From positions 1,116,001-1,180,000 of the forward strand of contig JAYWIR010000042.1 of NCBI GenBank assembly GCA_036172245.1: DNA of 64,000 bases, given 5' to 3'. Shown piece by piece: positions 61,724 through 64,000 of this stretch (positions are counted from its first letter, which is position 1; each line of letters starts with the position of its first letter). This DNA comes from Raillietiella orientalis. Lineage: Eukaryota. Below the pieces are notes generated by a model that saw only the letters and a program-made list of their open reading frames with translations, did no database searches and had not been told where the DNA came from. The position numbers and the translations under genes are program-made.

Positions 61724-62645
61724 ATGGTATGCCTTATTTATCATTGTTGTACATTTAATGACTTAATGGCTTATTCTCTGTTAAAGTGTTTTATTACGTT
61801 TAAATGTTTTTCAAATTAAGATACGCTGCAGAGATGAAAATAATTAAAATTAAGGAATTAAGGTGTAACGGAACGCAGCAGCGTGCTTTTGAGCGTTGGA
61901 GTAGTTGATTGCCTTTTGTCACGTGGTTACACAGTACTGTAGCAGACTGCTTTCGCCATAACATATTTTATAAAATTTTTCATTTTGTAACATTTTCTTT
62001 CATATTATCCGTTTTGTTTAAAAACATGTAAAAACATGATGTGTATGTTTCAAGGGTCGGGTTAGGACAAAAACAGTGAAAAAGGCGGCAATAGTGATCA
62101 TTGAAAAGTATCATGTCAAGTTGACATTGGATTTCCATACTAATAAAAAAATATGTGAAGAAATCGCAATTATTCCAAGCAAAAGATTGCGAAATAGGAT
62201 AGCAGGGTAAGCAATCAATTTTTCATGGTTATACAAGCATACACATGTATTTGTACTCAATTTGTGTGATTTAATTAGAAGAAATCATTTCTCAGATGCT
62301 TCCTTTGGTTTGATATGATGGAAAATTACTTTATAAGTCACTCATTCCAAATTTTTGCAGATTTGTTACTCATCTGATGAAGAGGATTCAACGTGGTCCC
62401 GTGCGAGGCATATCCATTAAATTGCAAGAAGAGGAACGTGAACGACGTGATAATTATGTTCCTGAAGTATCTGCAATTGAGCAGGACATCATTGAAGTTG
62501 ATGCAGATACAAAAGAAATGCTAAAAATGCTGGTAGCTTTGACCTGCATGATACTATTTAATTGATCATTTTGTTGTAGGACTTTGACAAGATCCCTGGG
62601 CTGCAAGTACCTCATCAAACAGATGCTTTTTCCAGAAGAATGTGA
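61724..62645 (+). CDS. RpS17: 40S ribosomal protein S17 (eS17), 130 aa
   Basis: Exons 61724-61726 (ATG|gtatgc, inferred), 62055-62206, 62361-62532, 62580-62645. [84 protein letters not shown]. Confidence 0.96.
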
Positions 62646-62654
62646 TTTTTATTT

Positions 62655-62660
62655 AATAAA
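62655..62660 (+). terminator. Polyadenylation signal of RpS17
   Basis: AATAAA 9 nt after the stop codon, followed by T/GT-rich sequence. Confidence 0.75.
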
Positions 62661-63592
62661 AATTTGGTCTGCTGGAATATTGGTTTTTGATTTTTCATAA
62701 AGTGGCTTCTCACTGCATATTTTTTTTTTTGTTTGAGACAACAGTCCATACAGTAGGTATTCTGTGTGTACCTTACATGCAGTTTTCTTGATTGTAACTA
62801 TTTCTGTAGTGATAATACCAGTGAGCAAGCTTTACTTCATGTTGTTACTCTTGATTTTATGTAATATTATCTTACCACCTTGTATAAGGTAATATTTTCT
62901 TGATTTAATAAAAATAACTTGTTTTATCGAGAAACTGTTTAAGAATGTACTTTCATTGAAAAGAATGGGTTTCTCTAAATGTGGTGCAAGCTATATGCTT
63001 GCTCTTTGCATTTGGCAAATTGTCAGAGAGGTTTCATTTGCCTTTTAATACAGATATCTTGGGGTTACTGTTGGGAAAAATCCTATATCCTGTATCTTTG
63101 CTTTTAAAATCCTTGTGCAACATTTGAGTTTCAGAAAAGTTGGTAGGAATTTTTGTTTCACTTGGCAAAAATTATGGAATGGTAGTTCTGTTTTTTAAAA
63201 TTGTATTTCTAGGTTTCATGCATGTAAAATATTTGCATATGTAGAAGGATTATGAAGGAAAAATTGTACCCTAAGCTGGCAATTGCATTTCTCATTATTA
63301 AAATCGGTTTATTTTAGTTTCGTCTGCTGACCACTATTTACTCAGAAATCTCATTCAGGTTTTTGTAGGACTCAAACGTGTTAACAAAATAAGCATTGGG
63401 ATTTACGAGTTGGGATGTTCTTATCTGAGGAAAACTTGCATGCAAAAAAAAAACACACAAAAACGCAGTGACTATTGAATAATCAGAGAACGATTCATTA
63501 TTGCATTCTGTATTTACGCATTGTTGTGATATTTCACATTGAAAATTTTCAAATGGGAAAACTTATCTTGGTGTGTTCAGACAGTGGGCACA

Positions 63593-64000
63593 ATGAAGCA
63601 TACGTCACTCACCCGTATGCCCAAAAGGACAAAAGAAATAGCACAAAACATAATGCATATCAAGGAGTACCGAAATCTGATGAGCAAATCTTTCAATGAT
63701 CGCTCCAAATTGGCGAGTACTACTTATGCATCCTCTCTGGAGCCAAGCTCCAGGTATTTGAAATTCTTTAGGCATATGCAAATTGCTTTCTAGAAAAGGC
63801 GAGTCGGCTGGCTTCGTGGCTTTGATAGAATTGGCTTCTCAGGGATCCCATGAATCGTTTGACACATTAAGTTACATTCTGCAAGAAGACAAACGACGGG
63901 GCATAGAAGCCAAAAAGTTCCACTTGCCCTACGAATTCTTGGAAAATCACGCTGAGAGAATGGAAAATTTAGTGCAGCATCTCAGTGCGTCGGAAAAAGC
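63593..64000 (+). CDS. 5' part of a protein-coding gene running off the window; tentatively wolframin (WFS1)-like
   Basis: Exon 63593-63753 (MKHTSLTRMP...EPSSR), 40-nt GT-AG intron, exon 63794-end open in frame. GFVALIELASQGSHESFDTLSYILQEDKRRGI...SASEK resembles, from memory, the wolframin N-terminal segment WLxxAAxQGxxEAxxLLxxCLxDRRGI..ExA. Coding status is more certain than the identity. Confidence 0.55.

Noticed and set aside
62207..62360. snoRNA in RpS17 intron 2
   Set aside because: AGAAGA H-like box and weak stems, but no ACA box or C/D pair

Overview
Eukaryotic, arthropod-like genomic DNA with two contrasting domains. Positions ~0.5-54 kb are GC- and CpG-rich. They contain a 9-10-exon class B1 (secretin-family) GPCR of the calcitonin/DH31-receptor type (+, coding 25534-39131/39484, one GC-AG intron). 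They also hold about 20 heavily decayed L1/Tx1-clade non-LTR retrotransposon fragments, every recognisable one on the minus strand, and four of these share a covarying double-hairpin 3' UTR. A ~200 bp frame-intact mitochondrial nad2 insertion (NUMT) sits at 16.9-17.1 kb. Positions ~54-64 kb are AT-rich and compact, with kinesin-2 KIF3A (-), ribosomal protein S17 (+) and the start of a possibly wolframin-like gene (+), all using very short 39-47 nt introns. Most long ORFs in the supplied track within the GC-rich domain are compositional artefacts. All identifications are by eye from remembered family motifs; no database search was run.
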